A DNA stretch of 64,000 nt from a virus. Under the pieces are notes generated by a model, which did not search any database, had not been told where the DNA came from, and saw only the letters and a program-made list of their open reading frames with translations. How positions within the stretch are numbered: position 1 is the stretch's first letter; every line of letters begins with the position of its first letter. The position numbers and the translations under genes were made by a program. The DNA is taken from the IMG/VR virus record IMGVR_UViG_3300032246_000381, positions 1-64,000 of that record; one strand, 5' to 3'. This document shows positions 40,225 through 50,777 of this stretch, piece by piece.

Positions 40225-40887
40225 ATGGAAACACAAGAGACTAATATGCCACAAAATAATGATCAAAACAAGCAGTCAGTACCCCCAAATGAGCAGGGCG
40301 GATTCCACGTCGAAGGACATATTAAGATATTTGATCCAGAGACTAAAGAAGTCATTATTGATAAACGCAACGCTATCCACTATGAAAATATGAGTTTAGC
40401 AATGGTAAACAGCCTTTCAAATCAAGGGTATGGTTGGATTTATCAAATGGATTTCGGTAACGGCGGAACTACGGTAGACCCAACAGGGCTTATTACGTAT
40501 TTGACCCCAAACACCATTGGTACAAATACAAGTTTATACAACAAAACTTACAGTAAAATTGTTGATCAGAACGATGCGGGTAATGCAGATCCGGTTAGAA
40601 ATAAAATGGAAGTTAGACACGTAAGTGGCGCAACTTACAGTGATATTCTTGTAAGCTGTTTGCTAGACTACGGCGAGTTAAGTGATCAGCAGGCATTTGA
40701 TAACAGTCTTGATATGAACGGAAACTTTGTGTTTGATGAACTAGGGCTTCGCAGTTATAACCCTTTAGGCACTGGACTATTGCTTACACACGTTATTTTC
40801 CATCCTGTGCAAAAAAGTTTAAACAGGCTTTTACAGATTGATTATACAATCCGTGTACAGAGCTTGACTGGATTTACGGGAGTTTAA
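40225..40887 (+). CDS. Baseplate/tail-fibre attachment structural protein
   Basis: GHIKIFD...KRNAIH, FGNGGT, FDELGL, HPVQKSLNRLLQIDYTIR; lies between baseplate and fibre genes. Confidence 0.6.
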   Translation: METQETNMPQNNDQNKQSVPPNEQGGFHVEGHIKIFDPETKEVIIDKRNAIHYENMSLAMVNSLSNQGYGWIYQMDFGNGGTTVDPTGLITYLTPNTIGTNTSLYNKTYSKIVDQNDAGNADPVRNKMEVRHVSGATYSDILVSCLLDYGELSDQQAFDNSLDMNGNFVFDELGLRSYNPLGTGLLLTHVIFHPVQKSLNRLLQIDYTIRVQSLTGFTGV

Positions 40888-40889
40888 TT

Positions 40890-43022
40890 ATGCCATATAC
40901 CGTAAATTATACAGATAAAAATAATACAAAACCAATCACGGTTTTTGATAATACATCGAGTCAAGATACAAGTTTAACATTTCCCGGTCGTAATGTCACT
41001 GGGTATGGTCAGATTATTGCTGAAAACTTTTTACACCTACTAGAAAATTTTGCAAGCATAAAAGAACCAGTCAATCCAACCGAAGGACAACTTTGGTACG
41101 ATACTGGAAACAATGTTCTTATGTTGTTTGATAATGTTGCTTGGAAAGCAGCATCGGGAATACAAAAAGGTCCAACTGAACCGTCGACACTAACATCAAA
41201 GGTCGGTGAACTATGGATTGACACTACTAATCAACAACTGCGTATTTTTACTGGAACACGATGGATTCTAGTCGGGCCAAGTGAAAGTAATATTGATGGT
41301 TTAAGATACGGCCCTGCGATAGAAGCAATATCTGACTCAGACAATATAACACGAAATATTTTAACATTATATATTGCGGATCAGCCAATTATTATTGTAA
41401 GTAAAGACAGCTTTACTCCGAAGATTTTAATCACCGGATTTTCAACAGGAATTAAAGCAGGGGTCAACGTTGCAACACCGCTAGGTGCAACAGAGGCAGC
41501 AGTATTCCAAGGTGGCTTCCTTCCTAAATTTTATGGTACTGCTACAACTGCTGAAGCACTTAAAGTTGGAAATGATACTGTTCTAGCTTCTAAATTTTTA
41601 CGAATCGATCAGCTAAACACAACAGAATACGGATTGACAATTGCCAGCAATACTGGTTTGACGTTAGGTGTTGATAGAACTTTTATTATTTCAAATACTT
41701 CAACATCTGCAACACTTTATAATTCCTTAGCAGGTAGCAGTCTAGATCTGCAAACAAATAAAGACGGCCTACCAAACACTGTATTAAGAATTAAAGAATC
41801 AAATGTAGGTATTAATGTTGCACAGCCCGAACAAGCACTAGAGGTCGGAGGTAACATTGGTGTTACTGGTTCGTTGATAGTTACTAATACTACAGAATCT
41901 ACTAACTTTGGAAACGGCAGTATTAGAACTGCAGGTGGAGCAGCAATTAGTAAAAACCTGTTGATAGGTCAAAATTTAAATGTTGCAGGAACAACTACTT
42001 CCGGAAATATAGTACCACAGACTACTGACATCTATGATATCGGTCTTTCATCTAAACGATGGAAAACTGTCAGAGCTAAAACAATTATAGCTGACGAAAT
42101 ACAAGGGGTACTAAGCGGAAGTATTACAGGTAACTCGGGTACCGCTACTGCTTTAAAAACCACTACAACTTTCAGATTGATCGGTGACGTAATTTCAGCG
42201 CCAATTACATTTGATGGTCAAGTTGGTGGCTCGACAAAAATATTTGATACAATCTTAACATCAAATCTTATTGCAAATAAAAATCCTCCGTCGAACGGGC
42301 GTTCATTCGCAGAAGACCAAGTGCTAGTATTTAGAGCATCTATATCGGGTGTAGGCGGCCAATCGGGACTATTAAGAGAAACTCGCGATACATTCGTTGG
42401 AGACCTTGGGGTTCCTATAGGAGGCATTATGCCTTACGCAGGTTCAAATGCCCCGTATGGTTATTTGTTATGCGACGGCTCAGAAGTAGAACAAGTTAAG
42501 TATCCAGATCTATATGATGTAATTGGAACTACATACAACGGTTCAGGCACACTGTCCGGTATTGGTACATTTAGGATCCCGGATCTGAGAGGTAGATTTG
42601 CACTCGGCCGTGATAATATGGATAACGGACAAACAGTACCAAACAGTACTGGCGGCTTTACAGATGCAGGCGGCGGAACAGCCGGTAGAGTACCAGACAT
42701 CAAAGCTCAGTCAGTCGGTGGTAGTGCTGGATCAAATGCCGTTACTTTAGACAAGCGCAATCTTCCAGAACACGAGCATTCACTATCAGTTAACGGAATT
42801 CAGTATGCTGCGGTGCGTGTAGATACTGCTATTAATTCACCAGGTAAGACTGGCCTTGGTCCTACAGCACCTGGACAGGGACAGTATTTAGAAGAATCCG
42901 GCGGTGTACAAATTGGCGAAGGTGTTACACTAGCACAGCCAATCGGTATTATGAATCCTTATCTAACTATAAATTATATTATTAGATCAGGTCCGCCGAA
43001 ATTCGTTACTACAACAAGTTAA
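40890..43022 (+). CDS. Short tail fibre with phage tail collar domain
   Basis: PIGGIMPYAG..APYGYLLCDG...YPDLYDVIGTTY...FRIPDLRGRF collar motif; shared fibre N-domain. Confidence 0.85.
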   Translation: MPYTVNYTDKNNTKPITVFDNTSSQDTSLTFPGRNVTGYGQIIAENFLHLLENFASIKEPVNPTEGQLWYDTGNNVLMLFDNVAWKAASGIQKGPTEPSTLTSKVGELWIDTTNQQLRIFTGTRWILVGPSESNIDGLRYGPAIEAISDSDNITRNILTLYIADQPIIIVSKDSFTPKILITGFSTGIKAGVNVATPLGATEAAVFQGGFLPKFYGTATTAEALKVGNDTVLASKFLRIDQLNTTEYGLTIASNTGLTLGVDRTFIISNTSTSATLYNSLAGSSLDLQTNKDGLPNTVLRIKESNVGINVAQPEQALEVGGNIGVTGSLIVTNTTESTNFGNGSIRTAGGAAISKNLLIGQNLNVAGTTTSGNIVPQTTDIYDIGLSSKRWKTVRAKTIIADEIQGVLSGSITGNSGTATALKTTTTFRLIGDVISAPITFDGQVGGSTKIFDTILTSNLIANKNPPSNGRSFAEDQVLVFRASISGVGGQSGLLRETRDTFVGDLGVPIGGIMPYAGSNAPYGYLLCDGSEVEQVKYPDLYDVIGTTYNGSGTLSGIGTFRIPDLRGRFALGRDNMDNGQTVPNSTGGFTDAGGGTAGRVPDIKAQSVGGSAGSNAVTLDKRNLPEHEHSLSVNGIQYAAVRVDTAINSPGKTGLGPTAPGQGQYLEESGGVQIGEGVTLAQPIGIMNPYLTINYIIRSGPPKFVTTTS

Positions 43023-43035
43023 TTAGGGCAATACA

Positions 43036-44916
43036 ATGTCATATACAATAAACAAAACAGACGGGACAGTTGTAGCTACTGTTGCAGACGGCCAAGTTGA
43101 TCAATTATCAACTAGTCTAACTTTAATCGGAAAAAACTACAGCGGATTTGGAACATTTCTAAATGATAATCTTGTAGGTCTTTTAGAAAACTTTGCAAAC
43201 ACTTCCAAACCTCCACACCCTATCAAAGGTCAAATTTGGTTTGACACCAGCGAAGGAAAACTTAAAGTTTACACTGGTACACAGTTTGTTCCTGTAAGTT
43301 CTGCCACAGTCTCGAGTACTAAACCTACAACATTAGGTGTTGGTGATTTATGGTTTAACGATGTTGACAAGCAGTTATTTTTCTTTGACGGAACATCAAC
43401 TATATTGTTGGCTCCGGTCTATTCAGTGAGTCAAGGCACAAGCGGTTTTCAAGTTTCAAGTATTTTAGATACATTGAACCAAACTCGTGTTATTACAACA
43501 TTATATAACAACGGAATACTGTTAGGCATTTTTAGTAAGGATTCATTTACACCTAAAAATGCTATCACTGGATTCTCGGGAAATATTATTCCTGGATTCA
43601 ATGCCGGCACACTAGCTGGATTAAAATTTAATGTCACTGCAACTAATTCAGAAAATTTAAATGCAATTCCTGCAGCAAATTATGTAAGAACGGATACTGC
43701 AAATAATATGCAGGGTCAATTAAAAATTACAACTGACTTAGGTATGATTATCGGTAGTGCTGGTCAAGCTACACTACGTGTTACTAGCGGTGATGTAATC
43801 ATTGCTAATACCGCTTCAAATAAAGATTTTTATGTCAACGTTAGAAAAGATATTACGCCAGAAACAGCAATTAAGGTTACTTCTAATACACGGACTATTG
43901 ATCTATATCCGAATCAAGCAAACAGCCAAGTTAATGTTGGTGGTAGTGTATCGATAACCGGTGACCTAACAGTCAACGGTACAACGACTACATTGAATAC
44001 CGCAGACGTTGTAGTTGAAGATAAAAACATTATATTGGCTAAAGCCACTGGTATTACTCCTAGCGATACATTCGCCGCAGGCGGCGGTATTATTCTTCAA
44101 GGTGGAACCAGACACGTATTCCTATGGTCGAATGTTATACAAAATGCAACATCCGATAGTGCAGGGGCTCTAGCAGAAGGATATTCAGACTCTACACCAA
44201 AACTATCAAGCAGTGCTTGGACTAGTTCAGACCATATTAATCTAGTATCAGGCAAATATTTTGCCATCGATGGTATTCCGGTAATAACAGGAAATTCACT
44301 CGGCGCCGGTATTACCAGTATTCCGGGTGTTACTTCTTTTGGTACACAGTCAGTTGTTAATATTGGACCATCACCTGCATCACCATATATTAGATTAGAA
44401 AATAATAGAATTTCTACATTAGTTACAGATCAAGATTTAGAAATTTCACCAAACGGCGCTGGAAATATTTCACTGCTAGGAAGCCCAAGAATTGCTGGTA
44501 TGGCAGATCCGGTATCTGGACAAGATGCTGCAACAAAAGAATATGTAGATTATACAATTCAAACAAGACCTTTAGTATTCAGTATTGACTTATCTGATGC
44601 GAAAGACAGCACATATATTGTCACTAATATTTTAGATAATATGGCTCCAGCCGCCGAATACAGAAACGGAACAGTTGCACGTATCCTGTGTAACATTTTA
44701 AGTGTTTCGTCAACATCATTAGATCTAAATCCTTTGATTAATCAAAGTACTTCGATTTTTAGTTCACCTACGGGAACTGCACCAGCAGTTACTAACGTAG
44801 CTATTAACACCGCTACTGTATCGCCTGGGTCGATATCAACAACACGTATCATTAAAACATATCAGATCATTGCAGGTCTCTGGGTGTTTGTATCTGATAC
44901 AGTACTACCAGCATAA
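43036..44916 (+). CDS. Tail fibre protein
   Basis: Shared N-domain LIGKNYSGFG..LLENFA..GQIWFD; GDLTVNGTTTT..VEDKNIIL; DAATKEYVD. Confidence 0.75.
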   Translation: MSYTINKTDGTVVATVADGQVDQLSTSLTLIGKNYSGFGTFLNDNLVGLLENFANTSKPPHPIKGQIWFDTSEGKLKVYTGTQFVPVSSATVSSTKPTTLGVGDLWFNDVDKQLFFFDGTSTILLAPVYSVSQGTSGFQVSSILDTLNQTRVITTLYNNGILLGIFSKDSFTPKNAITGFSGNIIPGFNAGTLAGLKFNVTATNSENLNAIPAANYVRTDTANNMQGQLKITTDLGMIIGSAGQATLRVTSGDVIIANTASNKDFYVNVRKDITPETAIKVTSNTRTIDLYPNQANSQVNVGGSVSITGDLTVNGTTTTLNTADVVVEDKNIILAKATGITPSDTFAAGGGIILQGGTRHVFLWSNVIQNATSDSAGALAEGYSDSTPKLSSSAWTSSDHINLVSGKYFAIDGIPVITGNSLGAGITSIPGVTSFGTQSVVNIGPSPASPYIRLENNRISTLVTDQDLEISPNGAGNISLLGSPRIAGMADPVSGQDAATKEYVDYTIQTRPLVFSIDLSDAKDSTYIVTNILDNMAPAAEYRNGTVARILCNILSVSSTSLDLNPLINQSTSIFSSPTGTAPAVTNVAINTATVSPGSISTTRIIKTYQIIAGLWVFVSDTVLPA

Positions 44917-44939
44917 TAAAAAATAGGAGCGATTAAGCT

Positions 44940-47297
44940 ATGTCTTATGTAATTAATAGATACAACGGAGATGAACTAGTAGTTCTAACAGATGGAACGT
45001 TAGACACGACAACTAGTTTGGGCCTTGTTGGTCGAAATTATGTTGGCTACGGCACACAACAGAACGAAAATTTCCTTTATCTATTAGAAAATTTTGCAAA
45101 TGATGCGCCACCAGCAAGACCTATATCGGGTCAAACTTGGTTTAATACCAGTAATAATTCGTTGAATGTTTACGATGGCGTTAAGTGGCATCCTGTTAGT
45201 ACTGAAGTATCCGACGTAACTCCTCTAAATCCAACTGCTGGTTCTATCTGGTTAAAAACACCAGTGAATCAACTTTATCTTTATGATGGCGCCAGTTGGG
45301 CATTTATCGGTCCAGAAGCAGTAGAAGGTTTTGGAATAACAAGACCTCGTGCAACATCATTGATTGATTCAACACAGCGTGAACGACCTGTAATTTTATT
45401 AACAATCAACGGTACAGTAGTTGCCATTGCTTCTGAAGTAGCATTTACTATCGATCCTTCAAACGGTATTGCAGGTTTTTCAAATCTCATCGCTGGTATT
45501 ACACTATCTACTTCAATGAAAGTGAAAGGTGATTTGCAAGGACTAGCAGATAGAGCAACGCAATTAGAATATGCAAGGACAATTAACGGTGTGCAGTTTA
45601 ACGGCACACACGATATTACTATTACTGCATCAACTACAGGGCAGCTAATCAAAGGTAATTATCTAGTAGGTATTAACTTCAATGGTTCAACAGATTTAAC
45701 TTGGTCTGTCGATGCAACACCATCCAATGTGATCGGTAAAGTTGTAGCACGTAATAGTGCAGGTGGATTTGCAGCAACATCTATTACCTCTGATCTAGTT
45801 GGTAACGTAACAGGTAATGTTACTGGTTCTACCGGTAAATTTACAGTTGTTGAAGCAACAGAATTCCGTGGGGCAACATTAACTGGTAATGCGTTTTCAG
45901 CAAGCAGATTACAAACGGCAAGATTTATTAATGGTATAAGTTTTGATGGTACTGCTGATGTAACAGTTCCAGCAGCAGCAAACACATTAACCACAACTTC
46001 ATTAGCAGCTAATGTAACATCGTCGAGTCTTAGACAGCTTGGATATCTTGACAGTCTGTCGGTGCAAGGATCAGGCGGTGTTGGAGTCGGTAATGGCATA
46101 ACAGATGCGTTAAGAATTACAGTATCTGGGTCAACAGCACAGATTAAAGGAACATCTGGATTTGATCTTAGTTTAGATGATCTATCAGTTCCCGCTGGTA
46201 TAGCAGCAATTAAATTGTTAACTGCTGATCAGTCTTTAACTGCAGGTGGCGAAGCAGTTACTACTGCTTTACCGAGCGCAGATCTTCAATGGAATTTAGG
46301 TATCCCATCTAAGAGATTTAATAAATTATACTCTAAAGATATCTACGGTGATCTAAAAGGTAATGCTACTACATCTACAACATCGATCACTGCAACCAAT
46401 TTAGCAGGTGGTGGAGTCGGTTCAGTTGCCTATCAAACAACATCTGGCACAACCTCAATGCTGCCAGCAGGCACACCAGGATACACATTAGCCACAGGTG
46501 GATCAGGTGCTCCGTATTGGACACCAAACTTCCAAAGTGCTTATTTTGGAACTACACAGGTTAGCTTTAATAGAGCTAGTGGTGCGTTAACATTAAACGA
46601 TGTTAGTATCACAGGAAACGCAGCTACCGTTACTAATGGTGTTTATACTACAGGCTCTTATGTCAACCCAACTTGGCTAGCAAGTTTAAGTTGGAGCAAG
46701 ATTACTGACATTAGTCTAGCTACAGTTGCAAGAACAGGCAGCTACACAGACCTAATTAACAAACCCGTCAGCTCTAATGCTCAACTACAGAATATCGTAC
46801 AGACAGTTATTGGTACTATAGACCTTTATACAACAGCAAGCGGCGGTAGCGGCTATACCGCAGGCTATCCAGACATCAGCGGTACCGTACAAAGCTGGTC
46901 TAGCTTTACCAGTGCTCCAGTTGGTAATACTACACGAACCGGCGTGTCTATGTGGAGTGGTAATAATGCAGGCCCTACAGTTACATTAACAGTTGACCTA
47001 GCAGCATTTATGGGATTAACAAATAATCCAACAGATTTAAACTGGAAAGGCAATTACGATTTTAACGTTGCACCTAGTCTTACTCGTGTTACAGACTTAC
47101 GTAATACCTATTACAGTATGGGATACGGCAATTGGGCCGTTTACAGCGAACCAGCAACTACATCAACTACTAGTCCAGCATATGGAAAGTTTTATATAAC
47201 AATATCAGTCACTGATACTCATCCATACCACGGTACTAATATCCAGGCAGGTTGGCTAGGCATTGGCAGCAGAGGACGAAATGTCTACAACCCATAA
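44940..47297 (+). CDS. Tail fibre protein
   Basis: Shared N-domain; fibre repeats LEYARTINGVQFNG and LQTARFINGISFDG; LATVARTGSYTDL. Confidence 0.78.
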   Translation: MSYVINRYNGDELVVLTDGTLDTTTSLGLVGRNYVGYGTQQNENFLYLLENFANDAPPARPISGQTWFNTSNNSLNVYDGVKWHPVSTEVSDVTPLNPTAGSIWLKTPVNQLYLYDGASWAFIGPEAVEGFGITRPRATSLIDSTQRERPVILLTINGTVVAIASEVAFTIDPSNGIAGFSNLIAGITLSTSMKVKGDLQGLADRATQLEYARTINGVQFNGTHDITITASTTGQLIKGNYLVGINFNGSTDLTWSVDATPSNVIGKVVARNSAGGFAATSITSDLVGNVTGNVTGSTGKFTVVEATEFRGATLTGNAFSASRLQTARFINGISFDGTADVTVPAAANTLTTTSLAANVTSSSLRQLGYLDSLSVQGSGGVGVGNGITDALRITVSGSTAQIKGTSGFDLSLDDLSVPAGIAAIKLLTADQSLTAGGEAVTTALPSADLQWNLGIPSKRFNKLYSKDIYGDLKGNATTSTTSITATNLAGGGVGSVAYQTTSGTTSMLPAGTPGYTLATGGSGAPYWTPNFQSAYFGTTQVSFNRASGALTLNDVSITGNAATVTNGVYTTGSYVNPTWLASLSWSKITDISLATVARTGSYTDLINKPVSSNAQLQNIVQTVIGTIDLYTTASGGSGYTAGYPDISGTVQSWSSFTSAPVGNTTRTGVSMWSGNNAGPTVTLTVDLAAFMGLTNNPTDLNWKGNYDFNVAPSLTRVTDLRNTYYSMGYGNWAVYSEPATTSTTSPAYGKFYITISVTDTHPYHGTNIQAGWLGIGSRGRNVYNP

Positions 47298-48279
47298 ATT
47301 TAGTATTCCTTACACACAGGGAATGATTGATGTATTGCCTGATCTAGACACTGATTCGATATTAGATGTCTATTTCAGCGATAATAAGTTTGGCAGTGCT
47401 AGAAGTATTTTTAATGGCAAAGAAATGTTTGAAGAAATGTATGCCATTAAAGCCAAGTACGGTATCAAAGTTCACTATCTAGTGAATCCAAGCCTGTATA
47501 GTAATCTATTTTATAAAAAAGTTCCAGATTTAATTGCCTATATTAAAGATATAGATGCTGATATTGTTACATTGAATAATACCTACCTTCTTAAAGCTGG
47601 TATTATTAATGATTTTAGATCAAGTAAACCGGATCTAGAATTAAAGAACAGCGTAAATAACCTAGTACGTACATTTAAAGATTTTATTTTTATGCACGAG
47701 GTTCTAGGATTAACCAGTATCATAGTTGACAGAAGTTTGAATAGAGATTTAGACACCCTTCGAAAGATGAGTGATTATGCTAAACCTAGAAACATCAAAA
47801 TAACTATGCTAGTAAATGAAGGATGTATTGTTGACTGTAAATGGAAACAATGGGACGACCTGATTATCAGCCAAACACAGGATGGTGATGATAGAGAGTT
47901 TACAGATAAAGTACATTCTGAACTAGGATGTATCAGCCACTTTAAAACCACACCCGGTGAATGGCTAAAGACAGCATTTACACTACCAAACGATCTTGAT
48001 AAATTCAATGGTCTAGTAGATGTTATTAAACTTGCTGGACGAGGATTTCCAGTAGATCGATGGTATCGTGTTGTTAACGCTTATCAGACAAAAAGCGGTA
48101 ATGTACAATTTGGAGAGATTTTAAGCACCACAGGTGACCTAAGTCTAGCTAGAACAACGGTAAATGAAATCACCGATCTAGGATTTAACGAATTAACAAA
48201 TAATTGTAAAACAGTATGTGGTATAGAATGTAACCACTGCGATAAAGTATATGAATCATTGAAGAGGAATTTTGTATGA
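47281..48279 (+). CDS. Peptidase U32-family (Fe-S, TIM barrel) protein
   Basis: SVNN, IIVDRSLNRDLDTL, MLVNEGCIVDC, IKLAGR and a C-terminal CxxxCxxxCxxC; ATG 47281 preceded by AGAGGA. Confidence 0.7.
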   Translation: MSTTHKFSIPYTQGMIDVLPDLDTDSILDVYFSDNKFGSARSIFNGKEMFEEMYAIKAKYGIKVHYLVNPSLYSNLFYKKVPDLIAYIKDIDADIVTLNNTYLLKAGIINDFRSSKPDLELKNSVNNLVRTFKDFIFMHEVLGLTSIIVDRSLNRDLDTLRKMSDYAKPRNIKITMLVNEGCIVDCKWKQWDDLIISQTQDGDDREFTDKVHSELGCISHFKTTPGEWLKTAFTLPNDLDKFNGLVDVIKLAGRGFPVDRWYRVVNAYQTKSGNVQFGEILSTTGDLSLARTTVNEITDLGFNELTNNCKTVCGIECNHCDKVYESLKRNFV

Positions 48280-48923
48280 TAACAGGACAAGTTACCACAG
48301 GATGGGATGCAGAGAAATTATACTCCGTTGCATACTCAACAGAAACAAGGCTAATCAGCGGATTGTACGGTGCTATTCTTCCATTAGGAGATGTGGTGCA
48401 TAGTGATACCGGAATTACCAGTCATTATATAGGTGCTATCACAAAAGATATCTACGACAATATTGCAGAAAGCATTACTACATCAAGTGCTCTAGCTTTT
48501 TGGAATCACGACAATACACTAAAAGTAAGAAAAATAATTGTAGATTTTGATAAAGACACATTCTTAGATGAAAAGAGACATTCGATTGTGGGTCTAAATA
48601 ATGTAGTTAAGTTGATTGCTAAATGTGTAGATCAACACGGTACGGTATGGAATGACATTCCGCAGGTACAGATAAAGAATATGGCGAAAAGAGAATTTGC
48701 TGTTAGCATAAACGGAGCAGATCCAGCGTCATACAAACTATCAGTTCCGTCAAATACATCAGTAGCATTTACACTACAGGATCAAGGACGAGTAACAATT
48801 AGATTTAAAGTTACGATTCCTGAACTGAGCAGTGTGTGGTTAACAGTATATCCTGAATTATATGCGTATAATACTGCTGATTTGGCAGCATTCAGTGCCT
48901 GGGCTAACAGCCAACCAAAGTAA
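48276..48923 (+). CDS. Hypothetical protein coupled to the U32 gene
   Basis: ATGA overlap with the U32 stop; 215 aa; no motif recognised. Confidence 0.6.
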   Translation: MITGQVTTGWDAEKLYSVAYSTETRLISGLYGAILPLGDVVHSDTGITSHYIGAITKDIYDNIAESITTSSALAFWNHDNTLKVRKIIVDFDKDTFLDEKRHSIVGLNNVVKLIAKCVDQHGTVWNDIPQVQIKNMAKREFAVSINGADPASYKLSVPSNTSVAFTLQDQGRVTIRFKVTIPELSSVWLTVYPELYAYNTADLAAFSAWANSQPK

Positions 48924-48938
48924 TGTGAGAAATTCTAA

Positions 48939-48944
48939 TAAATA
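48939..48944 (+). promoter_or_regulatory. Late promoter TAAATA
   Basis: Intergenic, upstream of GGAG and ATG 48970. Confidence 0.65.
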
Positions 48945-48969
48945 CAACGATTAAGGTGGAGCAAGCCAA

Positions 48970-50775
48970 ATGGCATATACAATAAACAAATTTAACGGTA
49001 CTTTTTTAGTTACAGTACAAGACGGTACAGTAGACACTAGTACAGACCTCAACTTAGTTGGTAAAAACTATGCCGGCTACGGTGCTATTGAAAACGAAAA
49101 TCTAGTATATTTGCTAGAAAATTTTGCAAATACTAGCCCACCACCTAAATCTTTAAGCGGTCAAATATGGTACGACAGCGGTAACAAAAAATTAAGATTC
49201 TATGACGGTACACGTTTTAGAGTTGCCGGCGGTGCTGAACCTAGTACATCGGCACCAGCAGGACTAACCGTTGGTGAATTTTGGTTTGATACAACAGCCA
49301 AGCAGTTATATACTTGGACGGGAACAGATTATGTATTAATTGGGCCACAGGCTAGTCCAGATTTAGGTGTATCTGGAGTTTCTGCACAGGTTGTTAAAGG
49401 CTTTCCGCCAGGCGTTACTACAGTTAATCAAAACTATACAATATTAAAATTACAAGCTGGCGGCAAAGTAATGGGTGTTGTCAGCCAAGACGAGTTTACT
49501 TTAGATGCATCAGTTAATACTATTACTGGGTTTGAGAATGGGATCAAGAAAGGTCTTACATTAATCAATACATCATCGACTGGTGTAACAACAAATTCAA
49601 ACTATTTCTGGGGAACAGCCAGTAACACATTACGATTCGGTGGAGAACTTCCTACTTCCTACGTAAAGAAAACAGATCCGTTTACTTCCGAGGTTGTATT
49701 TAAGAACCCAGGTTTTACATTAGGCGATAATAGCGATTTACGTTTATTCATCGATGGCACCGAAGGTGCATTGCTTGAGCATAGATTAGGTTATCCGATC
49801 AGTGTAAGAATCAACGTATCTGATATAGATAAAAGAATTGTTGCAAGATTCGATCAGGACGGACTATACCCAGGTGAGGATAATGCGTATACACTAGGAA
49901 CAGCGGGATTGAGATGGGGCGATGTTTTCGGTAAAGATATATATGCTACATTATTTCACGGAGATCTAACAGGTAATGTAGCAGGAAATGTTACTGGAAA
50001 TATAATTGCAACTAACACTAATATTTTGGTTAATGCCTCTACTGCACAGATTGGCTATGACGGTGCAACACTACGAGGTAACTTAGTCGGATCGGTAACA
50101 GGTACACTAACAGGAACTGCAACAAATGCAACTACTGTATCAAGTTTTGTTCCTTCGATCCAAATTCCAACATTATCGGCTACAGTACTTGATAAGAAAT
50201 CAGTACCAGTTAGAGATGAAAGCGGTAATCTTTATGCAACACAATTTATTGGCACAGCTAATCAAGCTGACAGATTAAAAATTAACGATGCCGCAGCAGA
50301 TACTGATCCGGTATATCGTTCGGCAAAAACTACAGCAACAGGAAATACCATCGCTGCTAGAACTGCTGGCGGAAATCTATTAGCAGTTCTATTTGATGGT
50401 ACAGCAACAGCAGCTAGATACGCTGACTTGGCAGAAAAATATTTGTCAGATGCAGAATATACTGTTGGTACGGTAGTGATGATTGGCGGTGAAAAAGAAA
50501 TTACAGCCTGCACCTGGGGCAAACGTGCTATTGGTGTAATTAGTGAAAATCCAGCGTTTATGATGAACAAAGATTTAGAAGGCGGTGTTTATGTTGCACT
50601 CAAAGGTCGAGTTCCAGTTAAGGTAATTGGTCGCATCAAGAAAGGCGATGACCTAATTGCAACTAATGACGGTTGTGCAATGATGGCAGTTCCACACGCT
50701 AGTGGTGTTTTTGCAGTTGCACTCGAAAGCAGCGATGATGAAGGTGTAAAAGTTGTTGAAGCGTTGGTGTTATAA
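48970..50775 (+). CDS. Tail fibre with C-terminal intramolecular chaperone/autocleavage-like domain
   Basis: Shared N-domain; C-terminal YADLAEKY...GVIS..PA..MN...VALKGRVPVKV..KGD. Confidence 0.75.
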   Translation: MAYTINKFNGTFLVTVQDGTVDTSTDLNLVGKNYAGYGAIENENLVYLLENFANTSPPPKSLSGQIWYDSGNKKLRFYDGTRFRVAGGAEPSTSAPAGLTVGEFWFDTTAKQLYTWTGTDYVLIGPQASPDLGVSGVSAQVVKGFPPGVTTVNQNYTILKLQAGGKVMGVVSQDEFTLDASVNTITGFENGIKKGLTLINTSSTGVTTNSNYFWGTASNTLRFGGELPTSYVKKTDPFTSEVVFKNPGFTLGDNSDLRLFIDGTEGALLEHRLGYPISVRINVSDIDKRIVARFDQDGLYPGEDNAYTLGTAGLRWGDVFGKDIYATLFHGDLTGNVAGNVTGNIIATNTNILVNASTAQIGYDGATLRGNLVGSVTGTLTGTATNATTVSSFVPSIQIPTLSATVLDKKSVPVRDESGNLYATQFIGTANQADRLKINDAAADTDPVYRSAKTTATGNTIAARTAGGNLLAVLFDGTATAARYADLAEKYLSDAEYTVGTVVMIGGEKEITACTWGKRAIGVISENPAFMMNKDLEGGVYVALKGRVPVKVIGRIKKGDDLIATNDGCAMMAVPHASGVFAVALESSDDEGVKVVEALVL

Positions 50776-50777
50776 TT

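Noticed and set aside
46800-47297. Diversity-generating retroelement target in a fibre tip
   Set aside because: No reverse transcriptase and no template/variable repeat pair seen in this window
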